From NCBI GenBank assembly GCA_947628075.1, contig CANQYF010000001.1, positions 1 through 47,652 of the forward strand: a DNA stretch of 47,652 bases, in the 5' to 3' direction. Every line of letters starts with the position of its first letter. Position 1 is the stretch's first letter. The position numbers and the translations under genes were made by a program. This DNA comes from an uncultured Bacilli bacterium (GTDB lineage: Bacteria > Bacillota_I > Bacilli_A > RF39 > UBA660). Shown piece after piece: positions 10,101 through 22,316 of the stretch. Below the pieces are notes generated by a model, which was not told where the DNA came from, did no database searches, and was given only the letters and a program-made list of their open reading frames with translations.

Positions 10101-11507
10101 TAAAACATTTTCTTCTGTATCACAATCTTTTAACATTTCATCAGTAATATTCGTAAGTTCAACTATTTTTTCCGGTAATGGATTATGCGGATTTATAAGT
10201 TCATCAAAACGATCAGTTATTATTCCATTTTTAATTTTAACTGCCCCAATTTCAATCATTTGATCATGATAAGGGGTAAAACCAGTTGTCTCGGTATCAA
10301 AAACAACAAATTCATCTTGTAATAAATCATAATCTTTTAAATTATAAATTAAATCTATTTCATTATTTACGATACTCATCTCAGCCCCATAAATAACTTT
10401 AAATTTATCTTCTTCATTGGTAATGCCATTATTAATATCACAAACAGTATGATATAAATCAGGATAAGCTTGTAAACAATTATGATCCGTAACCGCAACT
10501 GCTTTATGCCCTAATTTTTGAGCAAATTTAACTAAGGCTTTTGCATCAATTACTCCATCCATTGCGCTCATCATCGTATGTGTATGTAGTTCAACTCTTT
10601 TTTCTTCTTCTTCATCAACTACATTATTGTCTTTATTTTTTATTTCTTCAATACCGCGACCATTTAAAATCATTTGTCTTAAGAAATTATCCATTTCAAT
10701 ATTACCAGTAATTCTATACCAGTTACCAACTTTTATTCCATTTAATATTTGATTATATTCATCTTTATTAAATCTGACAAATTTAACCATAAAACTATCT
10801 GTTTTATCACTTACTTTTAAATTAATAATATAGGCAGTTGCTTTTTGGCCTTTTCTTTCCATATTTTCCATGCCAAAAATATAGCCCTCAATAATAATTC
10901 CTTTTTGTTCCCCAATAATATTTTTAATTAAAGTTACTTCACCATCTTTATGACTTCCAAAAATAACGGGACTTTTTTCTTTAACAATTTCCATATTTTC
11001 TTGTTGCTTTTGCATTTCTTCTTTTAATTGTAAATTTTTTTCTCTATTTAAAATTACTTCAATTTCAAAAATCCCTAATCCATATTTCTTTAATTTATCT
11101 TTAATTAAATCTTGATAATTTAATAAAGCTTTTTGTTCTGTATCAGTTGCTACTTCAAAACAAATTTTTTGATCCATTAATTCTGTAACACTATTTTCAA
11201 TACCTACTAAAGATGGATGTTCAAAAATTATACTTTCTAAAATTTTATGTAAATAATTAAGAATATCTTCATTTGAAACGTTTTCATATAATAATTCAAT
11301 ATAGCATTTATCTTTTCCATTAATTCCTTTTTTGGCATGTAAAAATAAATCATTAACTAAATCATAGTCTAAAACATGTTGACAATTTAAATAGACATTA
11401 TATATTTTCGTTTCTCTATTAAATAATACTTTCTTTATACTGGCATCTTTAAACTCTTGCGTATAATTAAAGTTTATACTTTTTAAAAATCTTTCTACTT
11501 CACCCAT
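7176..11507 (-). CDS. polC: DNA polymerase III PolC-type (with internal 3'-5' exonuclease)
   Basis: 1443 aa. It has a PHP domain (HTHTMMSAMDG), a DEDDh exonuclease insert (FVVFDTETTG ... HNAKFDIGF), and a Zn-finger CPKCKH...CPKCG. Confidence 0.97.
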   Translation of the reverse strand: MGEVERFLKSINFNYTQEFKDASIKKVLFNRETKIYNVYLNCQHVLDYDLVNDLFLHAKKGINGKDKCYIELLYENVSNEDILNYLHKILESIIFEHPSLVGIENSVTELMDQKICFEVATDTEQKALLNYQDLIKDKLKKYGLGIFEIEVILNREKNLQLKEEMQKQQENMEIVKEKSPVIFGSHKDGEVTLIKNIIGEQKGIIIEGYIFGMENMERKGQKATAYIINLKVSDKTDSFMVKFVRFNKDEYNQILNGIKVGNWYRITGNIEMDNFLRQMILNGRGIEEIKNKDNNVVDEEEEKRVELHTHTMMSAMDGVIDAKALVKFAQKLGHKAVAVTDHNCLQAYPDLYHTVCDINNGITNEEDKFKVIYGAEMSIVNNEIDLIYNLKDYDLLQDEFVVFDTETTGFTPYHDQMIEIGAVKIKNGIITDRFDELINPHNPLPEKIVELTNITDEMLKDCDTEENVLKRFLTFVENKPMVAHNAKFDIGFISAAMNKYNLGEFKNTVVDTMSMARMLYPNWKNHKLSTLVKELQVPWDEDSHHRGDYDSEGTAIAFYKMAQVLSNRNIETTQKLYNSVNQEELIKFSRPFHMSVLVKNKVGLKNLFKIISFANTKYLYRGDQCKLPRNELNNYREGLIFGSGCVNGEIFEAAFTKEDEELAKMMQYYDYIEVQPPEVYSYLINLDSSRVNSLADIYTQIKKIVRVASEAGVMVCATGDVHHLKKEDKIYRDIIIAQKTNGKLHPLNKKGLEVPDMHFYTTKEMLDAFSFLGEDKAKEIVVTNPNKIADMCEIVEVIIETGGVPFSPRIENSKEIVEEMVYTKAKDWYGDPLPSNIQDRIEQELKGIIGGGFDVIYLIAQKLVKKSNDDGFLVGSRGSVGSSFVATMMGITEVNPLPSHYRCPKCKHSIFKNEKGEDLSIEYGIGFDLPDKDCPKCGTKMIKDGEDMPFATFLGFNADKVPDIDLNFSDLNQAAAHEYTKVLFGEDNVYRAGTIGTVAEKTAYGFVKGYCEDKGIIMRNVEIERLAAGCVGVKRTTGQHPGGIVVIPGYMDVFDFTPYQYPAEDVDAAWRTTHFDYHAIDQDVLKLDILGHTDPTQLRMLQDLTHVDVKTVPFDDPETMKLFLTPEPLGVTKEQIMNDTGTLGVPEFGTPFTIGMLKDTKPTTFSELIKISGLSHGTDVWLGNAQELIRKGVVPFKEVIGCRDDIMVYLIQCGMEPIKAFKIMEFVRKGKASKPKEAETWEKHKQTMIEAGIPDWYIDSCQKIKYMFPKAHAAAYVMSAFRIAYFKVHYPAEYYASYFSTRFDDFEIDTMIKGYDAIRARINEIVGKGYEATSKETSLLETLKLALEATARGFKFGNIDIKRSEAKNYVIDDDGKTLISPFRSLDGLGDAVANQIVDERNKKEFFCIEDFQERGKVNVSTMDKLRALGVFKDMPESAQLSLF

Positions 11508-11511
11508 GTTG

Positions 11512-14385
11512 TTACTTCTCCTTAACTAAATTATTTATTATAATATTATATTTATTTAATCTTTTCGAAACCGTACCCCATATTTTTATTATATCATTTT
11601 TTGTACAAGAATTTAACAAATAATATTTATTAGCAAATAATGTAAATTCCGCCATACCGGTTTCATCACTAGCACTTATAAATGCCATTGTTTCATTATT
11701 TTTAGTCGTTATATTCTTGATATTTTCAATCATAACATAACAAATAACTCTTTTAAAAACATTTTTTTCTAAATCAATTACTTTCATAATATCTTTACCT
11801 GTATAAACACTAGCGGGATGGTTACTTAGATAAAAACCATAACTATTAATTTCATTTTCTCTTAAAACCAAAATGTCAAATTCTTCTTCTTTATTTATCT
11901 CAGGCACTAAAGCATATTCCCCTAAATCATTATAAAGATTACCATAGTTAATAAAATTATCTAAATTATTTATTAAAGTTTTAACATTGTATTTAAATGG
12001 TTTTAACGCTAAAGCTTTGATTAATATTTCATATTCTCCTCTAGTAATAAAATTATATGTTCTTTTAAAGAAATCAAAAACATCCTTAAAAGATCCATGT
12101 TCTTTTCTTTCAGAAATTATTGCATCAGCAGTATCGCTTTTTAAATTTTTAATCATTTTAAATGGTAAAAATACCATATTATCTTTTAACACAAAATAAT
12201 CAAAAGAATAATTAATATTAACTGGATTAATAATTAAATTATCTTTTTTTAATACATTTAAATAAGTTTTAATTTTTTCTATATTACCAATTGCGCTATC
12301 TAAAAGTTCAAAAGTAAATAATGATTTATAATAAACTTTTAAATAAGCCATTTGATAAGAAATATAAGCATAAGAAACGGAATGAGCTTTATTAAAACCA
12401 TAAAGAGCAAATGCTAAAATATGATCAAAAATATTTTGAGCCAATTTTTCAGAATAACCATTATTAACACTACGCGAAATAAAGTTATCTTTTTCTTTTA
12501 AAACAATATCTTCTTTTTTCTTGGCCATAGCTCTTCTAATGTTATCCGCTTCTGCATAAGAAAAGTTAGCCATTTTAACTAAGATACTAATAACTTGCTC
12601 TTGATAGACAATAACCCCATAAGTTTCTTCTAAAATATCTTTTAAAGAATCATCATAATAAGTTATTTTTTCAAGGCCTTCTTTTCTTTTAATATATGTG
12701 ATTAACTCTTTACTAGGACCCGGGCGTACCAAGGCAATGGACGCAACTAACTCTTGAAAATTTTGAGGACGATACTTAATTAACATCTTTTTAAAAGATG
12801 AAGTTTCAAATTGAAATATGCCGTCGGTATCACCTTTACTAAATAATTCATAAACTTTTGGATCATCCAAAGGAATGGCATTTAATTTAAAATTTGGAAT
12901 CTTATTAATTACATTACTTATTATACTTAAATTTTTTAAACCTAAAAAATCCATTTTTAATAGGCCTAAATCTTCTAAATATTCCATTGGAACACCAGTT
13001 AAATAGACTTCATTATTTTTATATATTGGGATAATCTCATCTAAAGGGCGATCAGCAATTACGATCCCGGCAGCATGAGTACTAAAATTTTTCTTCAAAC
13101 CTTCTAAAACTAAACAAATTTTATAAAGTTCATTTAAATTGGGATAAGTTTTTAAAAATTCTTTGACAATATCTAATTGTAAATTACTATGTAAATCTTT
13201 ATCTTTATCTAAAGATTTTAAAAAGCGATTCATTAGTTTTTCTTCTATTTTTAAAATTTTACTAACTTCTCTTATGACTAAACGTGTTTTTAAAGTAGCA
13301 AATGTTATTCCTCCTGAAACATTTAAATTACCATATTTGCCTTTGACATATTTAATAACATCATCTCTTTTGGAATTATCAAAATCTATATCAATATCGG
13401 GCATTGATACTCTTTCATAATTTAAAAATCTTTCAAATAATAAATTATATTTTATCGGATCTATATCCGTAATGCCAATCACATAACTAACTAAAGAGCC
13501 GGCAGCGCTACCTCTACCTGGACCAACTAAAATATTATTTTTTTTGGCATATAAAACATAATCATAAACAATTAAAAAGTAATCAACAAATCCCATTTTA
13601 TTTATGACATTTAATTCATATTTTAATCTGTCTAAATATTTAGGTGATGCTTCCCCATTAAGTCTTCTTTTTAAACCTTTTAAACATAAATTAGATAAAT
13701 ATTGAAAAGAATCGCCATCTTTTAAATATTTAGGAATATATCTTTTATTATGTGGTAATTCTAAATTTAATAAATTAACGACATGTTCGATTTGTTCTAA
13801 ATCAAATTGATCTAATGACTTATAATCAAAATAATTATGAAAATGTTCTTTCTTCTCATTATTTAAACTATCTAAATATTCTAAATATTTCATATCTTCA
13901 ATTTTAAAACACTTGATATCATTTACATAAACTACATTTGATGTTATTAACAAACTATTTTGTAATTCATTTTTATCTTCATAACCCATAAAAATGTTTT
14001 TAAAAAAATTTAAATCTTTAAAATTATCCTTGCTTTTAAAAGGAACAATAGCAAGAATATCATCACTTAAATTTTGAAGCTCTAAAATACTTATATTTCT
14101 TTCATTAATTATAGTATTTATTTTTAATAAATTTTTATAGCCATTATAATTTTCAGCATAAATGTAAATACTAGCATTGTTAATAGTTATTTCTAAACCA
14201 ATAATGGGTTTAATATTATTATTTTTTAAAATTTTATAAAACTCAATTACACCAAATAAATTTTTATCACAGATAGCAGCACTTTTAATATTATTATGAA
14301 CACAAAAATTAACTAAATCTTTTATTTTGATAAGACTACTTAGTAATGTATAATCAGTTGTTATTTTAAGTGGTGTATACATCAT
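11512..14385 (-). CDS. dnaE: DNA polymerase III alpha subunit DnaE-type
   Basis: 957 aa. It has an N-terminal PHP domain, a GPGRGSAAGSLVSYVIGITDIDP palm/fingers motif, MPDIDIDF, and a C-terminal OB region. Confidence 0.95.
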   Translation of the reverse strand: MMYTPLKITTDYTLLSSLIKIKDLVNFCVHNNIKSAAICDKNLFGVIEFYKILKNNNIKPIIGLEITINNASIYIYAENYNGYKNLLKINTIINERNISILELQNLSDDILAIVPFKSKDNFKDLNFFKNIFMGYEDKNELQNSLLITSNVVYVNDIKCFKIEDMKYLEYLDSLNNEKKEHFHNYFDYKSLDQFDLEQIEHVVNLLNLELPHNKRYIPKYLKDGDSFQYLSNLCLKGLKRRLNGEASPKYLDRLKYELNVINKMGFVDYFLIVYDYVLYAKKNNILVGPGRGSAAGSLVSYVIGITDIDPIKYNLLFERFLNYERVSMPDIDIDFDNSKRDDVIKYVKGKYGNLNVSGGITFATLKTRLVIREVSKILKIEEKLMNRFLKSLDKDKDLHSNLQLDIVKEFLKTYPNLNELYKICLVLEGLKKNFSTHAAGIVIADRPLDEIIPIYKNNEVYLTGVPMEYLEDLGLLKMDFLGLKNLSIISNVINKIPNFKLNAIPLDDPKVYELFSKGDTDGIFQFETSSFKKMLIKYRPQNFQELVASIALVRPGPSKELITYIKRKEGLEKITYYDDSLKDILEETYGVIVYQEQVISILVKMANFSYAEADNIRRAMAKKKEDIVLKEKDNFISRSVNNGYSEKLAQNIFDHILAFALYGFNKAHSVSYAYISYQMAYLKVYYKSLFTFELLDSAIGNIEKIKTYLNVLKKDNLIINPVNINYSFDYFVLKDNMVFLPFKMIKNLKSDTADAIISERKEHGSFKDVFDFFKRTYNFITRGEYEILIKALALKPFKYNVKTLINNLDNFINYGNLYNDLGEYALVPEINKEEEFDILVLRENEINSYGFYLSNHPASVYTGKDIMKVIDLEKNVFKRVICYVMIENIKNITTKNNETMAFISASDETGMAEFTLFANKYYLLNSCTKNDIIKIWGTVSKRLNKYNIIINNLVKEK

Positions 14386-14426
14386 TAAACCCTCCTAAAA
14401 TCATTATAACACATTAGTAAAAATAT

Positions 14427-14455
14427 TTGACATATCTTTTAATATATGATAAAGT
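14427..14455 (+). promoter_or_regulatory. promoter for rpmB
   Basis: TTGACA (14427-14432), a 17-nt spacer, then TAAAGT preceded by TGA (extended -10). Confidence 0.55.
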
Positions 14456-14477
14456 TTTTAAGAGAAAAAGGAGGCCT

Positions 14478-14639
14478 ATGATGACAAAAAAAGTTACAAA
14501 TAAAAAGCCTTTAGCTGGAAATAAAAGAAGCCATGCTTTAAATGCTACAAAAATGGTTCAAAAACCAAATTTACAAAAAAAGACAATTGATGGCAAAAAA
14601 GTAATAATTAGTGCTAGAGAAGCAAAAAAATTAAAATAA
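14478..14639 (+). CDS. rpmB: 50S ribosomal protein L28
   Basis: [23 protein letters not shown] is the L28 signature. AAAGGAGG RBS lies 4-10 nt before the ATG at 14478. The track ORF start at 14427 lies in the promoter. Confidence 0.9.
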   Translation: MMTKKVTNKKPLAGNKRSHALNATKMVQKPNLQKKTIDGKKVIISAREAKKLK

Positions 14640-14647
14640 TTTCAAAT

Positions 14648-14679
14648 AAAAAGTAGATTTTCAAAGGTCTACTTTTTTT
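14648..14679. terminator. bidirectional intrinsic terminator (rpmB / convergent ligA operon)
   Basis: Stem AAAAGTAGA (14649-14657) pairs with TCTACTTTT (14668-14676). It is flanked by an A-run and a T-run. Confidence 0.75.
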
Positions 14680-14680
14680 A

Positions 14681-18165
<3,485 letters not shown>

Positions 18166-18169
<4 letters not shown>

Positions 18170-20259
18170 TTTCCATCTTCCTTTCTTAAACCTTTATAAT
18201 TTTTTAAAAATTTTTTAATACCAAATCTTTTATTAAAAGCCACAGTTACAAATCTTTCATCTGTGCCAATCACAACCCCTCTACCAAATGATAAATGATT
18301 AACAACGTCACCTGCTTTATATTCTTCATTACTATCATTATACAATAATTCTTTATTTATAACATTAACTTTATTTTCCTCTTCTTCATTAGTTTCTAAA
18401 TAACTTTTTTCAATTTCATTTATAAATCGTGATGGTGGATTAGATTTATATTCTCCATATAACATTCTTCTTTTAGCATTAGTTATATACAATCTTTCTT
18501 TAGCCCGAGTTATTCCTACATAACATAGTCTTCTTTCTTCTTCAATCCCGTTTTCTTCTTCAAAAGAATTGATATGAGGCATAAGCCCTTCTTCCATGCC
18601 TACCATGAAAACCACTTTAAACTCTAATCCCTTAGCGGAATGAAAAGTCATCAAAGTAATAACGTCATCATAATCTTCGTGTTCCGTAATATCCGCAACT
18701 AAACTTATTTCATCTAAAAAGTCACTTAAGTTAACACTTCCTGTCAAGTTTTGATAGTTTTCGGTAATACTTCTAAATTCCATTAGAACTTCTAAACGTC
18801 TTTCATTTTCAAAATTATCTTCTTTCTCTAATGATTCTTTCATTCCCGTTTTATCTAAAACTGCATCAATTAACTCAGTTAATGATAATGATTCTTTAGC
18901 TTTTGTTAATTCTTGAATTATATTTTTAAACTCTAATTCTTTACCTTTAGTTATAGTATTATATATGGAAGTATTGTTATTCTCAGCTTCAATCTCTAAA
19001 TTTTCAATTGTTTTATTGCCAATACCCCGTTTAGGCTCATTAATAATTCTTTTTAAAGATATATCATCATCATGATTTTCTATCAATTTTAAATAACTTA
19101 TTAAATCTTTAATCTCTTTTCTTTTATAGAAATAAAAACTACCTACTACTTTATAAGGAAAATTATTTTTTAATAAAGCTTCTTCATAAACTCGTGATTG
19201 GGCATTAGTACGATAAAAAATTGCAATGTCTTTTTTTTGATATCCCATCTCTAATAAATTTTTGATTTCATTTATAACAATATTAGTTTCTTGACTACCA
19301 TCATTACTTCTAAAATATTTTACTTTTACTCCTTCACCCAATTCACTAAACAAATTTACTTCTTTTTTATTAACATTATTTTTAATAACAGAATTGGCTA
19401 CATTTAATATCGTGGTAGTACTACGATAATTTTGATTCAAAACAATTACTTCAGCATCAGGATAATCTCTTTCGAAATTTAAAATATTTTTATAATTTGC
19501 TTGTCTAAAACCATAAATAGCTTGATTTTGATCACCAACAACAAAAATATTACGATATTTTTTACTAAGAAGTTTAATTAATCGATATTGTACTTCATTA
19601 GTATCTTGGTATTCATCAACTAAAATATATTGATACTTATCTTGATAATACGCTAGTATTTCTTCGTTACTAGTAAATAATTCTACAGGTAATTTTAATA
19701 AATCATCAAAATCAATAACATTATTTTTCTTTAAGGCTTTTTGATATTCAAAATAAACATTCATTGCTTTTTTTTCAATATCACTTAAAAAATATTTAAC
19801 TACTTCATTATCACTTAACATCTCATTTTTAATAAAACTAATTCTATTTCTTACATAGGCTGGTGCTAATTCTTTAGGATCATAATTTAGAGTCTTCATA
19901 CATTTTTTTATTAAACTTAAAACATCTTCTGAATCTATAATTGTAAAATTTTGTACTAAACCTAAAGTTTTATAATTTTCTTTAATAATTCTTAAACCAA
20001 AAGAATGAAAAGTCCCAACAAAAGCATAATCATTACTTACGATTTTATTAATTCTTTCCTTCATCTCTTTCGCAGCTTTATTAGTAAATGTTATTGCTAA
20101 AATATTACCACTATATATACCTTGAGCAATTAAATGCGCAATTCGAGTAGTTAATACTTTAGTCTTGCCAGATCCTGCTCCTGCCACTACTAAACAAGGC
20201 CCATCTATATGCTCTACTGCTTGTTTTTGTTCTTTATTTAAACTGTCTAAATAATCCAT
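18166..20259 (-). CDS. pcrA: ATP-dependent DNA helicase PcrA (UvrD family)
   Basis: Walker A AGAGSGKTKVLT, the DEYQDTN motif, and a VGITRAKERLY motif VI-like element. Confidence 0.93.
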
Positions 20260-20302
20260 ATGTTTACCTCAAAATAATTATAACATAAATTTCATAGTAA
20301 TT

Positions 20303-20328
20303 AAATTTAAAAAGCCTAAAAAGGCTTT
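20303..20328 (-). terminator. intrinsic terminator after the 129-aa gene
   Basis: AAAGCC (20311-16) pairs with GGCTTT (20323-28), followed by a T-rich run on the minus strand. It overlaps the stop codon. Confidence 0.65.
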
Positions 20329-20716
20329 ATCTATTTAAAATATAACTTAATTCTTTTAACTTCTCTATTTTTCGTACATTTACTGGATATACTGTTGCTA
20401 CATAAGGCTTTTTATTTTTTCTTAAGCTTAGTTTAACAACGACACAAACATTTTCAGCTATTTCTTTAAAATAAAGTAATGATTTCTTATTAGGATCATA
20501 ATATACAAAAGTAGGCTCTTTGATAATTCGAGGAATATTAGATATGGTTTTGTTATAACTATCAACGCTTAAAAATTCTTTAACATGCTTAGCAATATGA
20601 ACATATAGTGATAGGGGCTGTATAATGTCAGCATTTTTATATTCATATAACTTGTATTTTTCTACTACTTCATCTGATATTATACCAACTTTTTTATCAA
20701 TGTTGCCTTTTACCAT
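20327..20716 (-). CDS. hypothetical small protein (weak resemblance to phage-type Barnase/EndoU/RelE-like PBECR nucleases)
   Basis: 129-aa ORF with an AAGGAGA RBS. The pattern HIAKHVKEF ... IIKEPTFVYYD ... SLLYFKEI ... VVVKL ... ATVYPV is reminiscent of that fold. No search was run. Confidence 0.4.
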   Translation of the reverse strand: MVKGNIDKKVGIISDEVVEKYKLYEYKNADIIQPLSLYVHIAKHVKEFLSVDSYNKTISNIPRIIKEPTFVYYDPNKKSLLYFKEIAENVCVVVKLSLRKNKKPYVATVYPVNVRKIEKLKELSYILNR

Positions 20717-20730
20717 ACAATCTCCTTTTT

Positions 20731-20767
20731 AACAAAAAAATTTAGCCCATAGCATGAACTATGGGCT
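20731..20767 (-). terminator. intrinsic terminator/attenuator hairpin directly upstream of the 129-aa gene RBS
   Basis: The 9-bp stem AGCCCATAG (20744-52) pairs with CTATGGGCT (20759-67). On the minus strand AAATTTTTTTGTT follows, then the RBS (20729-20722). Confidence 0.7.
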
Positions 20768-20770
20768 TTT

Positions 20771-20886
20771 TAGAATAATTTAGTAGTCTCCCAGTTCTAC
20801 ATGTATTCTTTCGGTTATAACCTACTCTGACCTTATAAAATAAGGCGTTAGTGCAAGAAGAATATTTACACCCTTAAATTATTCTA
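20771..20886 (-). other. candidate structured RNA element (leader or sRNA), class unknown
   Basis: A 12/13-nt closing helix forms between 20771-20783 and 20874-20886. Internal hairpins include CCTTAT-TTT-ATAAGG and TATTCTT...AAGAATA. The terminator lies immediately downstream. Confidence 0.35.
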
Positions 20887-21095
20887 TTAAATATTATGAA
20901 ATATATTAATCATAATATGTATACCCCTTTTCTGGGTATATAAATATTATTAAAGGATTTCTCCTTCAACATACTTATAACATTTTTTGAGGAAAAAATC
21001 AAATGTTTTCTATTTTTTGTTATATTTTTTGCTGTTTTTATCCTTTTTTATATAATAAATTATTAAAAAAGTGTGTTTGAAAATATTGCTATATA

Positions 21096-21117
21096 TAAAA
21101 ACCTAGTAAATACTAGG
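21096..21117 (-). terminator. intrinsic terminator after tRNA-Arg
   Basis: Minus strand reads CCTAGT-ATTT-ACTAGG followed by TTTTT. Confidence 0.7.
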
Positions 21118-21131
21118 ATAAAATACTAATA

Positions 21132-21208
21132 TGGTGTTCTTGAAGGGATTCGAACCCTCGACCTTACGCGTCGGAGGCGTACGCTCTATCCAACTAAGCT
21201 ACAAGAAC
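21132..21208 (-). tRNA. tRNA-Arg (anticodon CCG)
   Basis: Hand-folded 77-nt cloverleaf. Acceptor GTTCTTG/CAAGAAC, anticodon stem TACGC/GCGTA with loop CTCCGAC, T-loop TTCGAAT, and an encoded CCA. Confidence 0.92.
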
Positions 21209-21254
21209 ATAAATATTATATCATAAATACCAAAAAAAATAAGCCTAAGCTTAT

Positions 21255-22304
21255 TTAAAATAATCGTAAAATGTCGTTTATAGTTACCACAACAATTAAT
21301 AACATCAATAAAATAAATCCAATGGTATGACATAAATTCTCAAATTTTTGATTAACCGGACTTCCTTTTATTTTTTCAATTATTAAGAATAATATTCTAC
21401 CTCCATCAAATGCAGGGAAAGGTAATATATTAATTACTCCAACATTAATTGAAAGATATGCAATTAAATAGACAACTGTGTAAAGGCCTGCTGCAATACT
21501 TGCTCCAACAACTGAATAAATACCTACGGGACCAGACAAAGCATCCAATGAAATTTTACCAGTTACTAGTCCTGCTACTGTTAACCACATTGAGGCTACA
21601 ATAGAATAAAACTTTTGGAAAGCATATTTTATTTTATTAAAGAATCCATATGTTTTAGCTTGATTTACGTACACTCCGAAAACTTTAGATTCCGTACCAT
21701 CTTCATTTTTAGTAATACTAGGTTTAATTTTATAAGTTTCAACTTTACCATTTGAATGTTCTATTTGAAATTCATAAACATTATTATCACTCTTATAATA
21801 TAAAAGAATTGTTGCTTCATCCCATGTACTAATTTTATGATTGTTAATAGCTACTATTTTATCACCCTTAACAATACCAGCTTCATGCATAGGCATACCA
21901 TCTTCTACTGAATCAATGATTGGTGTTAAAGATTGACTTCCCCAAATAAAGGAAATAACCAATAAAAGAATAATAGCCAGAATAAAATTATTAATTACAC
22001 CGGCTGCCATAACTATTACCCGTTGCCAAATTGGTTTATTACATAAACATTTATCTTTTGGAACTTTTTTATCGTCTTCATAAACTTCGCCAGCCATGGA
22101 AACAAAACCACCAATTGGTAAAGCTCTTATATTATAATTAATACCATCTTTTCCTTTTTTGGTATAAATAACGGGTCCCATACCAATTGAAAATTCATAA
22201 ATATAAACACCAAATTTTTTAGCCCATAGAAAATGTCCTAATTCATGAACTAAAACTATTATACCTAATATAAATATAAATAATAATAATGTTAAAAACC
22301 ACAT
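21255..22304 (-). CDS. rseP: RIP metalloprotease RseP (site-2 protease)
   Basis: HELGHF zinc motif in TM1, a central PDZ-like segment, and a C-terminal NILPFPAFDGG (LDG-type) motif. Confidence 0.9.
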   Translation of the reverse strand: MWFLTLLLFIFILGIIVLVHELGHFLWAKKFGVYIYEFSIGMGPVIYTKKGKDGINYNIRALPIGGFVSMAGEVYEDDKKVPKDKCLCNKPIWQRVIVMAAGVINNFILAIILLLVISFIWGSQSLTPIIDSVEDGMPMHEAGIVKGDKIVAINNHKISTWDEATILLYYKSDNNVYEFQIEHSNGKVETYKIKPSITKNEDGTESKVFGVYVNQAKTYGFFNKIKYAFQKFYSIVASMWLTVAGLVTGKISLDALSGPVGIYSVVGASIAAGLYTVVYLIAYLSINVGVINILPFPAFDGGRILFLIIEKIKGSPVNQKFENLCHTIGFILLMLLIVVVTINDILRLF

Positions 22305-22316
22305 GAAGAAGCCTCC

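Noticed and set aside
14427-14477. The long form of the rpmB ORF, starting at 14427 (MTYLLIYDK...).
   Set aside because: That ATG-less start lies on the TTGACA -35 box of the promoter. The AAAGGAGG RBS sits just before the ATG at 14478, and the L28 homology begins there.
21003-21080. A 25-aa hydrophobic plus-strand ORF (MFSIFCYIFCCFYPFLYNKLLKKCV) with a GAGG 10 nt upstream. I considered it as a type I toxin.
   Set aside because: T-rich intergenic DNA readily yields Phe/Ile/Tyr-rich ORFs by chance. I found no convincing promoter, no overlapping antisense partner and no terminator with a T-run on the plus strand. It is worth a glance only if transcriptomics shows a plus-strand transcript.
20772-21095. 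Whether the about 320-nt gene-free stretch next to tRNA-Arg encodes RNase P RNA, tmRNA, SRP RNA or 6S RNA.
   Set aside because: There is no GAGGAAAGTCC / ACAGAAnnnGGCTTA P4 pair for RNase P. There is no tRNA-like 3' end or tag reading frame for tmRNA. There is no GGAA-tetraloop plus AGCA symmetric-loop domain IV for SRP; AGGTCAG alone is not enough. The closed structure at 20771-20886 is too short for 6S RNA.
20260-21131. An integrated mobile element at the 3' end of tRNA-Arg (orphan small gene plus long non-coding DNA).
   Set aside because: There is no integrase or recombinase gene. I found no direct repeat of the tRNA 3' end (TGGTGTTCTTGAAGGGATTCGAA or part of it) in the interval.
21132-21208. 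tRNA-Arg(CCG) as an oddity in an AT-rich genome, where CGG codons should be rare.
   Set aside because: Many low-GC Bacillota retain this tRNA. Without codon-usage statistics or the full tRNA set, it is not evidence of anything unusual.
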